Part shown: piece after piece, positions 51,293-64,000 of the stretch | How the letters are laid out: the number at the start of each line of letters is the position of its first letter | Numbering within the stretch: the stretch's first letter is position 1 | Source: Cenococcum geophilum | Lineage: Eukaryota | Length of the DNA stretch: 64,000 nucleotides | Direction of reading: 5' to 3' | NCBI GenBank assembly: GCA_050273025.1 | Contig: CP158636.1 | Location: 4,650,001 to 4,714,000 of the forward strand | Notes under the pieces: model-generated | The model's database searches: none | What the model saw: only the letters and a program-made list of their open reading frames with translations | Told to the model about the DNA's origin: nothing | Made by a program: the position numbers and the translations under genes

Positions 51293-52045
51293 GATGAAGA
51301 AGCAGAATATGATAATGAAAGATTGAAGCTCAACCGACAACACTCCAAGATCGAGGAAAAGGACAGACTCCAACAAGAGAATGACAGACACGAGAAACAC
51401 AGAATTTCATGATAACTGCAACAATATCAATCAGATCTCACCCCGCAGTTAGCGGCGGGGGAGCAGCAGGGCCGGGGCATAACGTGCCGGCGGCGACCGC
51501 AGGCCGGTGGGTACATTGAGCTTCTCTTATCTCTCTGTGTGGGCGGACCAAAGGTCTGGGCGCGGGACACTACAACCCAATGTGGTATGGTGCTCAACCT
51601 CACAAAAGCATCCCCAAAGCCTCGAAAGCGCCATCAACAACTAGCTGGCACCAGCATATCGAGGCTTTGCTTTGGCTTCAAGCCTTACCCCGCGAACTCA
51701 TCGCCACATCCCCCAGATTAGCCTGTGGAGAGGATGCATCCAGCTGAGGATAGCATATCAGTCCGGCTGGGCCTGGCGGCGCCAGCACCTAGCCGGAGGC
51801 ACGGCCTGAGTGCTATCTCTAGCTTCCAAGATATCTGGTCCTGTGAGAAGGCAAAAAAATCCCTATGAGCTTTTCTGTACGTGGCACCAGCTATATGTAT
51901 GGGCAAGGGATCCGGGAAAAAATATGCCCTGATCTTGTCGAACAATTAAGTCCCGTGCTTTTCTCAATAACTCCATTTGCCGCTGGGGCTTCTTCTCTAC
52001 ATTATTAGTCTGTTGTCCAGGAGAGCTTCTTCCTCATCGTTAGCC
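51293..52045. promoter_or_regulatory. Divergent promoter shared by the hydrolase fusion and the NCS1 permease
   Basis: 753 bp between head-to-head start codons. It contains a CGG/CCG-rich patch at ~51440-51510, TGGCACCAGC twice (51646, 51882), and several GATA/TATC cores (~51528, 51749, 51814, 51831). Confidence 0.55.
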
Positions 52046-54223
52046 ATGTCCATCCTCTCACCTAACCGCCTCAAGGCAAAATTTGGGCCTCACCTTCACC
52101 TAAGGGTCCCTTTCGAGAGTGGGAAGTATGGATCTAGATGGTCTAACAAAGGTGCAAATTCTCCTTTTTGCTCTATGCAATCATCCTGATGAGTCTCCAG
52201 ATCTTGACCCAGTCCCTCCAGAGGAGCGCACCTGGGGGGGCCTTGACTACTGGGCGTACTGGTGCTCCGATATGCTCGCACCTCCTCTTGCCTCCACTGT
52301 GTCTAGTGTCATGGCCCTTGGGTTTACTGCTCGAGAAACTATTCCGATAGTCTTCTTCGGCTTCTTGATATGTAGTGTTGTCATTACTTTGACCGGCAAG
52401 ATGGGTATGAATAGCAATAATATCCACCCCTAATACTGTCACTAATGTTACAGGCAGGTGCTACTTACAATGTTCCGTTTCCTGTAATTGTCCGTAGCAT
52501 CTTTGGAATGTACGGATCATTCCCTGCTATTTGCATCCGAGGTGAGTTTGTGCAAATTACATGTACTCGAACTTTGCTTACAACAAGACAGCTTTCGTTG
52601 CACTGATGTGGACTGCTATTCTCACTGTTCAAGCTGGTGCATTCTTGCAACGGTGCCTTGAGGCCATCTGGCCAAGCTTTATTCACTTTCCTAACCATCT
52701 TCCCGCAAATGCAGGCATCGATTGTAAGTACCTGCTGTTACTATACCTAGCATGTATTACTGATACTTGAATGCAGCTGCTGGATTGCTCTGCCTGTTCT
52801 TGTACTGGTTTGTTCAGACTGGCCTCGCCATCATGCCCATTGAGAAGTTGCGAATCCTGTTTTGGGTCAAAGGTGTCATTGTAAGCATAAGAACACCTCT
52901 GGTCCTTGAAATGCTCTAAAAACAACTCTGCAGGTTCCACCAACCTTCCTTGCTCTCTTCCTTTGGGCTGTCATCGTCAGCCATGGGTAAAATCTTATCG
53001 CCTTCCCTGAATATTTCCGAACTAATACTTGTACAGAGGTGGACCTTTGGTCACAGGCAAGATGAAGATTACCTCGACCTATATGAATACCGCGTACTCG
53101 GCTCTCACCGGTTTGAATGTGATCATTGGACTTTTCAGTTCGATGGCGGTCAATATGCCCGATTTCGGCAGGTTCTCAAAAAATAGACTCGCCGGCTATC
53201 ACCAATATTTTGCTCTACCAGTCATTGGTAAGGCGAATCCTAGATCTCAAAGTAGACGGAGTGTTTTATTTGCTCATGATACATAGGCACTCTTGGTGCT
53301 CTTACGCCAATATTTGTAACTTCTGCCCATTCTTACATCTGGGGTGATTTTCAATGGTAAGATACCAGGGCCTTCCAAGTCTTTATTCGACTGTCCTACT
53401 AATATTACCATAGGTACATGCCAGCCGTCATCGCCGACTTCCACTCTCGCGCTGCCAAGTTCTTCGTTGCTCTCAGCTTCATACTCGCAACTATCGGTAA
53501 CCAGGTTGCAGCCGGTAAGCCCTTGTCCTTTGTCTTGCCTAGACGTGAGCTCATAGAAGGATAGGAACATATCCCTTCTCCAACGATATCACCGGCATGG
53601 CCCCGAAGTATATCAATATTTTCCGAGCAACACTTTTTATCTCTATCTTCTGCATCATCTCTACTCCCTGGAATATAATCAAGAATGCTACTGGTTTACT
53701 AGCATTCTTGTCTGGATATTCTTGCCTCATGGGGCCCCTTGCCGGGACGATGGTCTGCGACTAGTAAGTTGCCCTGCAATTAATATATAAAGGTGCCACT
53801 GGAGCTAATTGGAGGTCTGCACGCAGTTACATAATCAAAAAGCGAAAGTTAAATGTAGACCAACTCTATACACACCACGGTATTTACTGGTACGATGGTG
53901 GCTTCAACTGGCGCGCTTTTGCTAGCTTCGTAATCGGGTTTGCGCCATTGCTACCGGGTTTTGCGAAGAGCATCCAACCCACGCTCAATGTCGGGGGAGC
54001 CTGGAAGATTTACTCCTTTGCCTGGATCTTTGGCTTTACCTTCTCAATGCTTTCATACTACGTAATCTGCACCTACATCTCTTCACCGACAGAGTCGATC
54101 ATCGAAGAGGCTGTATATCCACCACAGAAGGGAGATGTCAGCCCCCCATCAGTAGAAGGCGAGGAGACGGAGGCGGGCAAGGTGGAGTACATTACAAAGG
54201 AGAAGGAGGCCAGCCCGGTCTAG
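52046..54223 (+). CDS. NCS1 family (uracil/allantoin/nucleobase:cation symporter-1) permease, multi-exon
   Basis: MSILSP...RWSNK|DLDPVPPEERTWGGLDYWAYW, YNVPFPVIVRSIFGMYGS, SSMAVNMPDFGRF, TPWNII, GIYWYDGGFNWRAFASF. About ten or more short GT-AG introns; stop at 54223. Confidence 0.9.
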
Positions 54224-55160
54224 GGACTGGGCGAGACGACATTCGCTTGAACACTGCAATGGGAAAGGTAGCTTTGATTTTTTTTCACAAAGTTTTGTAT
54301 AATGTGCGCCAGCTGGCTGGTTTGGTGGGCAGGGTTTGGCAACGCTTTTGCCAGGTTGTGTTCCGAATGACTTACTGGATAGCTTGAGAGTTTTGCATGT
54401 AGGTACTACCCAGGCACTCAGGCACCGAGGCAACTCCAGAAGGTGACAGCCTTGGGGACTCAATTAGGAGAGTGGCTTATTATTCATTTTCGCTCGCTTG
54501 AGACATTGATTGGTGATATGCCCGCTCTTATCTCGAGAGCACAACGCCATCCACATCTTTTTTCCCAGCGCCCCTTGGGCCCGCCCGTCGCCCGCCCTGC
54601 CTGTTCCCGGTGTGCAAAATGGCCAATGGAGCTTACCTTATCAGAATAACGTCTCTTCTAGGCTGTTTGCTCTGACGCAGCGCTAGAACCAGCACCAGAG
54701 CTTCGGGGGCTTGGTTAAGAGCACACGACAGCCCCTTACAGCTATTTACATAGGTGTAACTTGAAGCATTCCCATCAGGGTGTTCCCAGCGCTGCCAGAT
54801 ATCAGACCGCCTGCTGTTAGCCCTAGTGGCCTTCATACTCGTATTCATCGTTAATCTTGATCTCCGCCCAGGTCCTCTCACACCCCCAGTCTGTCCCGGC
54901 ACCAAATGCAATGCCACTGTATGTGGCGCCTCGTAGATGCTCGGCTAAACTTCCAGAACCCTTTACAATTGGTACGTCGATTGGCTTTCTTGCAGCAATC
55001 GTCATGCTTGTTTGCACGTGTCGGCTTGTTCTATTTCAGCCTCTCTGATATGCAGCTTTTGGTGTATCGTACAACGACCATTCGACTTCAATCTCCGGCT
55101 CCCAGGCTTTGTATCTATTTAACGAATAGAACACAGGTCATCGCAACTTGATTAAACACA

Positions 55161-57528
55161 ATGAACTACCGAGTCGATCAAGCCATTTCTCCCAACGACT
55201 CTTACTCGGGTCAGACTGACTCAGCACTTCTGAAGAGTCGATCTCGGCGCCCATGCGACTCATGTCGGCGTCGCAAGTCACGATGCGAAATGATCGATGG
55301 CGCGACGTCCTGCGTTCTGTGTCGCTTCCATCGTCAGGAGTGCACCTTTCTTGCTCATCCTCAGCCAAGGAAAAGAAAGGCCGCGTCGCTGAGCGAAGAA
55401 GAAGGGAGCCATGGAAATCCATCCCGCAATGCTGCTCGGAGACCTCCCCAGCTCTCTTCAGACAAGCACTGGCTTCCAAGACGATCTTCTGGCGACCTGC
55501 CTCACAGGTCCTCGCAGAATCTAATACGCCAGGATCCACCTATCGATGACTATGCCAATTTAAAGGGGCCATCTCTTCTGAAGAAAACCCTTGGATTACA
55601 GAACCATCGACATAGTAGATTCATAGGATCAACATCAGAGTATGAACAATTACTCCTTGAGCTCGATGCTTACAATGACAAAGATGAAGTTCCCGTAGGC
55701 GTCTCCACTCTTCGCAAGGTTAACAACACTGATGTCTTCCTTTTATCACCTGATGAGGGCACCCGGAATCATGAAGACGAGATTATGGACCTGGATGCTA
55801 TAGAAATGATCGTCGCGCCTCATGGACAGGCCTTAGTCCATCTTTACTTTAGGATTGTTCACCCAAGCTTTCCTATCCTACATAAGAAAGTGTTCTTGGA
55901 AAAGTATCAACGTACCCATAGAGAATTTTCTCCGCCATTACTTGCTGCTGTTTACATCTTGGCCTTAAACTGGTGGTCCTACAGTAGTGAATTAGCTCTT
56001 CTACCTAAGCCGGACGTGCCTGGGCTTGAAAAAATGGCATTCAAGACAATGAACGACATTATTCACCGTCCGAAACTTTCTACCATACAAGCAGGCCTTC
56101 TACTACTCCAGCGACCTGAGGGTGACTCTTGGGTACTAACCACTCAGCTTGTTGGATTAGGCCAAGACCTTGGACTGCATCTGGATTGTTCGAACTGGAG
56201 AATACCAACTTGGGAAAGAGGCTTACGGAAACGACTAGCATGGGCCCTTTTCATGCAAGATAAATGGGGCTCCCTCGTCCATGGAAGGCCGTCACATATT
56301 CCAACTACTGATTGGGCCGTAAAACCGCTCTCTGAGAGTGATTTCCCTGAAAGTGCTGCAGATGAAGATGATGAAGACGGAAGCACTGAAGTAGAGAAGG
56401 GCAGGACACTCTTCTGCGAAATGATTACCCTGACCGAGGTTCTCGCTATAATACTGTCAGACTTCTACACACTGAAGGCTGAGGAAGATATACGGAAACA
56501 TTCCCGGGACGGCGTACGCTGGATCTTAGAAAAAGCAAAATCGAGCCAACTGGCGCTTAAGCAATGGTTCGCGCAAATGCCTCCTTCTTTGAGAATGGAG
56601 AATGTAACGATGAGAAAGTTATCTTCTACTGGTAATCCCAAATCCTCAAACGACCCCTCTCCAGAACTCTTAACTAAAGAAAATTAAAGGTTATCTCCAC
56701 CTGGGCTACTACGCAGTCGAGATCACTCTCCACCGCCGCATTATTCGCTCTCTTTCTTCATTAGACGACCCATCACTCATAACAATCTGCCGTACAGCCG
56801 CACGTGCCCGTTTGATCTCCGCAATGGATTTTGTGCAAGGGCTCCGCCCAGAGCATCTCCAGTCGTTCTGGTACTCTGCTTCGAAGTATTGCTTCGCCCT
56901 CATCGGCACCTTCGTCTCTCTGCTTTGGGTAACTGCCCAAGAGAAAGACCAAGCAGAATTCTATAAAGCGAAGCTAGAAGAGTACCGATGGACGTTGCGT
57001 CTATCCTCCAAATCAGCAGATTTTCTCGAGCGTGCAATCAGCATGCTGGCGACTTCGACCGGCGTGCTTGTCAAAGCCATACCGGGGAAACCGAATGTGA
57101 ACTTCACGCTTAACATTACCAAGAACAACGACAGTAATACGAAGTCCCAGTCTTCCAGTTATGGCACACATACTCACCCCGACTCTGCTTCGCAATCTCA
57201 CTCCACCCAACATGAGCACTCGGGTTCCGAATCTTTCGAAGAAGGCCAAACTGCAGAGCACACCCCAGACATAGAGGATACACCGCCAACAACAGGACCT
57301 AACGGTGATTTTATGCCTGACCATCTCTGGTTTGCGAATGCAGGACAGCTAGATGACGTAGACGCGGTTTATCCTGATGGTAGTAATTCTGGAGGCATAC
57401 CGCAGGCATTTTTAGAAATAGGAGACATGGGGCAGGTAGGGTATGGATTTCAGGGGCTTGGAGGACAGAGGCATGAAGGGGGCACTGGAGCGAATGCGGG
57501 TAAAGCATATGGGGGAAAGGATATATAA
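55161..57528 (+). CDS. Zn(II)2Cys6 transcription factor with Fungal_trans domain, DAL81/TamA-like, ~769 aa
   Basis: CDSCRRRKSRCEMIDGATSCVLCRFHRQEC zinc cluster; YFRIVHPSFPILHK; LGLHLDCSNWRIPTWERGLRKRLAWALFMQDKW. Intron 56632-56689 joins STG|YLHLGYYAVEITLHRRII in frame. Confidence 0.9.
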
Positions 57529-58427
57529 GCCCAAAATCCGAAAAGGTTCCCGATGGAATTTCGTAACGATATTTGTTACATTCTTGGAAGCTTCCAATAC
57601 TACCAATTTACAAGAGGTACGAAAGATTTCTGGAATCATTGGGTATTATTGTAGAGACGTCTGAGCACAAAATGGGCTAGAATGAGATAACAAAGAGACT
57701 CAGAAATAGACTATGTGCCGCCTCTTCGATGCATGTGCACTTGGACCCCCCCGCAAATAGAGATACACAATTATGGCGTAGGCTTAATCATGAGGATATA
57801 AAATACTTAGCGCTTTGAAAAATGGCGGTTTTTTCCTAAGGGAATTCCGAGGTTCGATGCCCTGTCTTGGACTAGTTGAAGGTTGGGGTGTGCTGTAAGA
57901 GTTTAGAGGGGTTTGCAAGAATTTCCTTGGTATGAGGTTGCAAATAAAAGCGATTTTTTCTTAATAGCTGCATTTCAATGTAGAAACAGAGATCTGTCTG
58001 CTATAAGCAGTATCTATATTGATGCTCAATATCTTAACTCCGTGCTAGGTCCGGGTATCAACCGTGGAGCGCACGGACGACAAAGTTATGCTACACCAAA
58101 CACAACCGCCTCGAAGAGAGGAGCCATGCAACGACTCTCGAAGAGGCATAATCTCCCAAACAGCGTCAACCAGTCAAGAAGAATCTACCTTTTACAACTA
58201 ATAAACTTCCCCGGACCCATCACAAACCAGCTCCTGTAGAAATACCCGCATCTGGAGTACCTTTTTCCTTCACCTTTCAATATCTCAGTTCTACCACTTT
58301 TCGCGTTTGGAACCCCATCCAACTTCATTCGTACAGCCCCGCCCCTTTTGCTCCTGTACATCCCACGCCATCTACTCCCAAAAGTCGGCTTCCAATACCT
58401 TTAAGCACTGGCTAGAGAAAGAACAAG

Positions 58428-60849
58428 ATGGTTGGCAAAAAGTCGGGCAAGGCCCTTTTGAGAGAAGAAGGTAGGGACAAGGCATTGGAGAGCACGGGAA
58501 TTGTTTTTTAACAACCAAGACAGGTCTGGAGAGGACTGATAATAATCTGGACTTAACGATATGGCCACAGGTCAATATGATCAATCAGAAGAATTACTAT
58601 ACGTAGGTGACCGTGGCGTATACAAGCCCTCCATCCCTGTTGAAAATCTCACTAACGTCACTATCTGATGGGCAGCGAATTCCTCAAACGTGACGACCAG
58701 TTCCTTGCATACCGAAGCCAAAATGAAGAAGCACGAAGTCGCATGGTCCGAGAAGCTAGGGACAAGGATCGCGCGCTCGCACAATCAAGTCGCGTGGGTG
58801 AAGATGGAGTTGCGGAAATGGCGGACGATACTGCAGCAGAGGAAGCTGCGGTAGCGATGGGTTCTCAAGAGGCTTTTGGTTCAAAACTCATTGTTATACA
58901 TGTCGGTAGCCAAAACCTGCGGATTGGACTGGGCACGGACGCGCTACCAAAGACCGTTCCAATGGTTATTGCTCGAAAATGGCAAAAGAATGAATCTGAA
59001 GAAGACGGCGGAGAACCCAAACCCAAGCGATTTAAGATAGATGGTGAAGTCCCTGACGAGCCGGAAAAGTGGTTCGGTGAAGATGTGGGTTCGATGCAAG
59101 CCTCTCTTAATGAAGAACGAGCTAATTAAAATACCATAGTTTGCAAGCCAATATGCTACAATGTGCTCTGAGCTTAGAGTGCGTATGCGGAACAACAAGC
59201 GTAGAGTATTGCCAAATTCAAAAGAATTGGTTGTAAACTATAATCGAAGGACACCTCCGGAGACAATATCAGAACACAACGATCCGCATCGGATTGACTG
59301 GACAGAGCTTCCACGAAACCCACAAGAAGCCCCTGATTTCTTCACAGGCCAAGCAGCTCTTCGACTCCCCGAACAATCTAACCCCCGTTACAAATTGTTC
59401 TGGCCAATCAGAAATGGGTGGTTTAACGAAAAGGATTACTTAAACAAGAACCAGTTATACCATGATATTTCGCGTATCTTCGAGGAGACCTTCAAGACGC
59501 AACTTGGAATAACTAAGAGGAAAGACTTGGCCAATTACAATTGTGTTTTCGTTATCCCAGATCTTTACGAACGGACTTATGTCACAACTATGTTGGACAT
59601 ACTCATACGAGACCTAGGTCTTGGGAAGGTTTGCTTCCAGCAAGAGAGTCTCGCAGCAACGTTCGGGGCTGGCTACTCAATATCCTGCATTGTTGATATT
59701 GGTGCCCAGAAGACATCGGTGTGTTGTGTCGACGAGGGTTTATGTTTGGAGGACTCGAGAGTTAACATCAAGTTTGGTGGAGCCGACGTTACTGAGACTT
59801 TTATTAAAATGATGCTCTACGACCATTTTCCATACTCTGACATGAACTTAAAGCGCAGATATGATTTTCTGCTCGCCGAAGAGCTGAAAATTAAATTTTG
59901 CACGATGATAGAGTCAGATGTCACCGTTCAGACCTATGAGTTCCATCTACGGGCAGCGGGTCAAGATACGAGAAAGTATTATTTCAAGACTTATGACCAA
60001 CCGATGCTTGCACCGATGGTAAGCTTCAACTCTGTCGTAATTACATCCTACGTTATATGCTAACAATGCACACAGGGGTTTTTCAAACCGTCAATATATG
60101 ACCACTCACAAAAACTGGATAGCCGGCGTAAATTAATACCTCGTTCCGTTGATTTATATGATGGCTCGCCAAACGATCCGATGTCAGCAGCACAGGTATC
60201 AGTAATTGAGAATGTGGTGGGCAAACCCGCTGCAGAGAACGGAACAATAGCGGAGCCTCCAAGTGTACCTCAGGTCACCTCTACACCAAGCCGACAGCAA
60301 CCCTTCAGTTTACTCAGTCGCTTAAATGACATTGAAGTTACCCCCAGATCATCAGTGGCGGGCTCCCCCGGACCCGAAGGGACACCAAATCCCGATAGAG
60401 ACACACCAGCTGGGGGAGATGCCGACAAGCCTTCAATATTTTTCGATCCAGTGCTCGAAAAGACCAAAATTGCAGAGGAGCGTGACAAGACGTTACCCAT
60501 AATACCTCTAGACACGGCCATTATGACGTCTATCTCTCAAGGCGCACGCGGGGATGAGCGCAAGATGAGAGATTTCTTCGGTGGAATCATGCTCATCGGA
60601 GGCGGCAGTAAGACGGTAGGGCTTAATCTGTTCCTGGAAGAGCGTTTGCGAGAATTGAAACCTGGATTCCAGAAAGAGATCTTGATCGGCCCGCCACCAA
60701 GGGACCTGGATCCACAGGTGCTTATCTGGAAGGGTGGGAGCGTGTTTGGGAAGCTATCATCCAGTGGCAATGACAGCTGGATTAGTCAAAAGGAGTACGA
60801 CTATTTGGGGCATCGGTTGCTGGTGAACAAGTGCATGTTTCCTTGGTAG
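58428..60849 (+). CDS. ARP8: Actin-related protein 8 (INO80 complex subunit)
   Basis: MVGKKSGKALLREE|GLERTDNN...INQKNYYT|EFLKRDDQ, IVIHVGSQNLRIG, CIVDIGAQKTSVCCVDEG, DPQVLIWKGGSVF. Four introns (~58471, ~58603, ~59085, ~60019). Confidence 0.93.
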
Positions 60850-61128
60850 CCTGACCGAGGAGTTAATTATGCTGGCAATAAATAGGGGTTTGATTAATGA
60901 AATAGACGAAATGTATGAAATAGATAAAATATATGACTTATTGTCTTGCTCTTAGTTAGAATGAACGATATAATTCTCATTTCGTCACAGATGCCCGGTA
61001 TTGCGGGCTCTGCCAAGCCCGCTTCATCGCCATTCTTGAGCGCGTTCACTTTCTTTGACGACTTGAGGTCGTTACGCTTTTCCTTCTCTCTATTCACCAG
61101 CCTTCCTACTCTTCTGTACTCCTCCAAC

Positions 61129-62576
61129 ATGGCGGCCTCTTCGAATCGCCCGGCTTACCATCAAGACTACATTGCGCGCATAAGATATTCAAACACCCTG
61201 CCTCCTCCGCCATGCCCCCCGAAGCTCCTTGATATTCCCAGTACCGGTCTCGCAAGTGGACAATACACTTCAGCTGGATTCGCATCACGCTTAGCACGAG
61301 AACAGCCGCTGAACATTGAGGCTGACGCTGAGCTTGGCATGCCCATAGATCTCGTTGGTCTTCCTGGAGTTTTTGACGGCAATGAAAGCGGTCCGTTATA
61401 CTTTGCGCAAACTAGGAACTCTGCAGTGGATGTCAGTCACTAACCTCTTCTACAGCAATTCAGGCTCTAGACAATCCTCCTCCACCGCATCCCCATGACA
61501 GAGCTCTCCTCCGCCCTCTTGCCGCTCTCGGGAAGCCCACGTCAATCACCTCGGGTGTCAGCTTCCTCAGGCGGACAGAATACATCACATCAGTTGCAGC
61601 GGGAGGATCGCGCTTTGAATCTAGCAATTCGGGGAATACAATGCGACAGCGAAATGCTGCTAAACGAAGGAGAGCCGACTTAGCAAAGGAGGACCCCCTC
61701 AACATTTTGCGCTCAATTGTCAAAGGCTTTGACCTTGCACACCCCCAGGATGCCTATCTAGGCCCTGACTCTGGCAATAATATCAAAGGAGCCGAGATAA
61801 CAGCCGAGGAGAAAAAAGCTTGGGCTAAACCAAAGCATCCATCAAAGACTGATGTGGAGCTTCTTGACAGCTACCCTATCCTGCCTGATTTGGACGCTCT
61901 TACAGACACTGGAAGTTATATGGTCATGAAATTCATTACTTGCCCTGTTCCACCTATAGATAAATATGACGAGCGGTTGGACGTTGCACTCTTCCGACCC
62001 ATTGGCCAATCGCCTGAAGACATTCCCCGGATGGAAGCTCAACAAGCAGCACATGAAGCTGACCCTTCGCAGCCGGCACCGCTTCCACAATACCAATACG
62101 AGTTCTTTCTTCCCGCAAACACGGACAAAGTCCAAGGCATCAAGCGCAACTTTGGCGTTATTGACCCTGATAATGAAGATGAAGTTAAATTCGACGGAGA
62201 GTACAAGGAAACCGGCAGGACGTACTTTAGATATGAGCGTGTGCGTGCTTACGAGACTTATCAGCAGACCGGCGACCCAAGCGATGTCCACGGTGATATT
62301 GTTGCTTTAGCCCTACACGATCCGGAATCCGAAGAAGGGCCGCAACGTGACAATCCGCTGCAGAAAGCAGCGTATTACTACCCTGTGATGCAGCGGTCAT
62401 TCATTCGGCCGCGAAGGCAGGTGCAGAGGAGAGGTGCGGTGGGTTCGGCAGAGGAAGAAGAAGAGACAAAAGTGGATATCATAGAGGCTCAAGGCAAGGA
62501 TCCACCAGTAGAGGAAGTAGAGCGCAGGGCACAGCATAGGGCTAGGTATGATGTGGAGATTAGTTCAGATGCGTAA
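61129..62576 (+). CDS. PAF1: RNA polymerase II-associated factor Paf1
   Basis: HQDYIARIRYSNTLPPPPCPPKLLDIP...NIEADAELGMPIDLVG; intron ~61391-61455; then PHPHDRALLRP...VSFLRRTEYI and KHPSK...LLDSYPILPD. Confidence 0.92.
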
Positions 62577-63094
62577 GCGTTAGGACTGTGGAGTTGCCCA
62601 TGCAAACTGGATATGGCTTTTCTCTTCTTTGTTTCTCTAGAGAATTGGGTAGACATTTCTGGACCTCATAGCTAGGAGTTAGGGGATTCCTCCTTATACC
62701 ATGGAGGAGGGCTCATTATGGTATGTGCGAGGCTACTAAAAGGGCGTTTAGTTCAATTAAAAGCAGCTGGAATCTCATGACGCGGCAAGAATCAAGATGA
62801 CTTTTTCCGTTCTTCTTGCTGGTCCAACAAAATTATATAAGGTCAATTCTCTCCAGCTACCTTGACCAAACTTCTAGGCAGGGCTTATTCTTCTAGCTAT
62901 TCACTTGAATTCCTTTTTCTTTTAATTCATTCACTTCACCACCCGCCCACTTCACAGCTCCACAAGTGCGTTTCGTGACCCTTCCCCCAGCTATTTTCTA
63001 TTTCCTCCTCCCAGAGCCTCACTCTCCTTTGACATTTCACTGAACTGGCTTCGGTGTATCATTCTGCTACATTGCTGAGACATCCGAACGAACT

Positions 63095-64000
63095 ATGGCA
63101 AGAAAGAAGGAGAAGTCGTCCGACGAGCATATAACTTTTAAAGAGAAAGAAAACGAGAGAATCTGCCGCATCATTCAATGCGATTTCTCCGGGATCACTG
63201 ACAATGTCCCTGACAATACTCAGTCTTCCGCGCGCGAGCAGACAAGGAAGAAGATTTTAAAAAACACTCCCTTCTGGACAGTAGTCATTGTCCTCCTACT
63301 CTCGCTCATCGGCACGACGGTCGCCATCGTACTCCTAGTATTAGACGAAGGTCAGCACGCCGGCTATCAGATTGGGACAGCCTTCGCGATTTCAGCTACT
63401 GTCCTTGCCAGTATCTTCCTCTGGCATATGTGGAATGACCGACGCAAGCACAGACGCCTATTCAAACAGCAAACCGAGCTAGAACTCGCCGAGCTGCGTC
63501 TCCACTATCAACATAGCAGACCCAATTATCCAGGCACTTCCCTAAGCGATACGAAATACAGCTCATGTCCTAATGGCTCTACCACTCCAACCGTCGGCCC
63601 AAAGCGACGCTCCAAAGTGGTGGGCGAGGGCTTTGAAATGCAGGATATGCGCCGCGCCCTCCGAGGCTCACACAGGCCAAAATTTCCCTATCCGCAGCGA
63701 TCAGATTCTCAGCCCCGGCAGGATATCATAGTGGCGAACTACATTAGTGATGGCAAACCACTTCCTCCAACACCTAGAACCCCCGAAGAAGAATGGGATC
63801 AGTACCGCCACCAGCAGCGACAATATCATCAGAACCAGAAGCAGTTACAGCAAGCACCTGTGTTCCCTGCGCGCCCTATTCAACATCCGAAACCGCACCC
63901 TTCACGTATTCCAGTTCCCAAATATACGCGCCAGCTCAGTAACCAAACGACTTTTACCACTTCAGCCTTGAGAACGAGCAGCAGTGCCGATAACTTCCGC
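63095..64000 (+). CDS. Hypothetical protein with two predicted TM helices and a long low-complexity tail (truncated by window end)
   Basis: Open frame from ATG 63095 to the window end: MARKKEKSS...FWTVVIVLLLSLIGTTVAIVLLVL...IGTAFAISATVLASIFLWHMW...KPLPPTP. It is absent from the ORF track because there is no stop in the window. Confidence 0.7.
   Translation, partial: MARKKEKSSDEHITFKEKENERICRIIQCDFSGITDNVPDNTQSSAREQTRKKILKNTPFWTVVIVLLLSLIGTTVAIVLLVLDEGQHAGYQIGTAFAISATVLASIFLWHMWNDRRKHRRLFKQQTELELAELRLHYQHSRPNYPGTSLSDTKYSSCPNGSTTPTVGPKRRSKVVGEGFEMQDMRRALRGSHRPKFPYPQRSDSQPRQDIIVANYISDGKPLPPTPRTPEEEWDQYRHQQRQYHQNQKQLQQAPVFPARPIQHPKPHPSRIPVPKYTRQLSNQTTFTTSALRTSSSADNFR

Noticed and set aside
51293..51400. 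Upstream 36-aa hydrophobic extension of the hydrolase ORF shown in the ORF track
   Set aside because: It begins at a non-ATG codon; the first in-frame ATG at 51292 fits the start of the cysteine hydrolase domain.
51440..51510. Guanidine-type riboswitch upstream of the ureide hydrolase
   Set aside because: GC-rich hairpins are present, but I could not match tandem ACGR-loop hairpins or the ykkC-I/III consensus.
49060..62310. Numerous short antisense or alternative-frame ORFs overlapping the real genes
   Set aside because: They are shadows of coding sequence with no independent motifs.

Overview
Eukaryotic DNA from a filamentous ascomycete (Pezizomycotina), inferred from short GT-AG introns with CTAAC-type branch sites, fungal gene families and heavy RIP-type (C>T / G>A) damage. 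The window has a two-compartment layout. 1-20.7 kb and 24.6-48 kb are RIP-ruined, deeply nested transposable elements: a Tad-like LINE with a TRIM inside its RT, a DUF6589/Academ-like TIR element with duplicated Zn-cluster cargo, a piggyBac-like element and related MITEs, a MULE holding two nested Gypsy chromoviruses, and several solo LTRs, many with readable TSDs. A two-gene island (MARVEL/NCE102-like, ARL1) lies between the two TE blocks. 49-64 kb is gene-dense: a candidate biuret/allophanate catabolic cluster (biuret hydrolase-allophanate hydrolase fusion, NCS1 permease, DAL81/TamA-like Zn2Cys6 regulator), then ARP8, PAF1 and a membrane protein running off the end. Most notable: (i) that three-gene nitrogen-scavenging cluster; (ii) an HDV-like ribozyme fold starting exactly at the 5' end of a 1-kb non-LTR retroelement; (iii) a TTACCTCAG-terminated, 9-bp-TSD TIR family linked to a DUF6589 gene; (iv) piggyBac-type elements with non-TTAA TATCCCTT termini. 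All calls were made by eye, and RIP-reverted translations are inferences.
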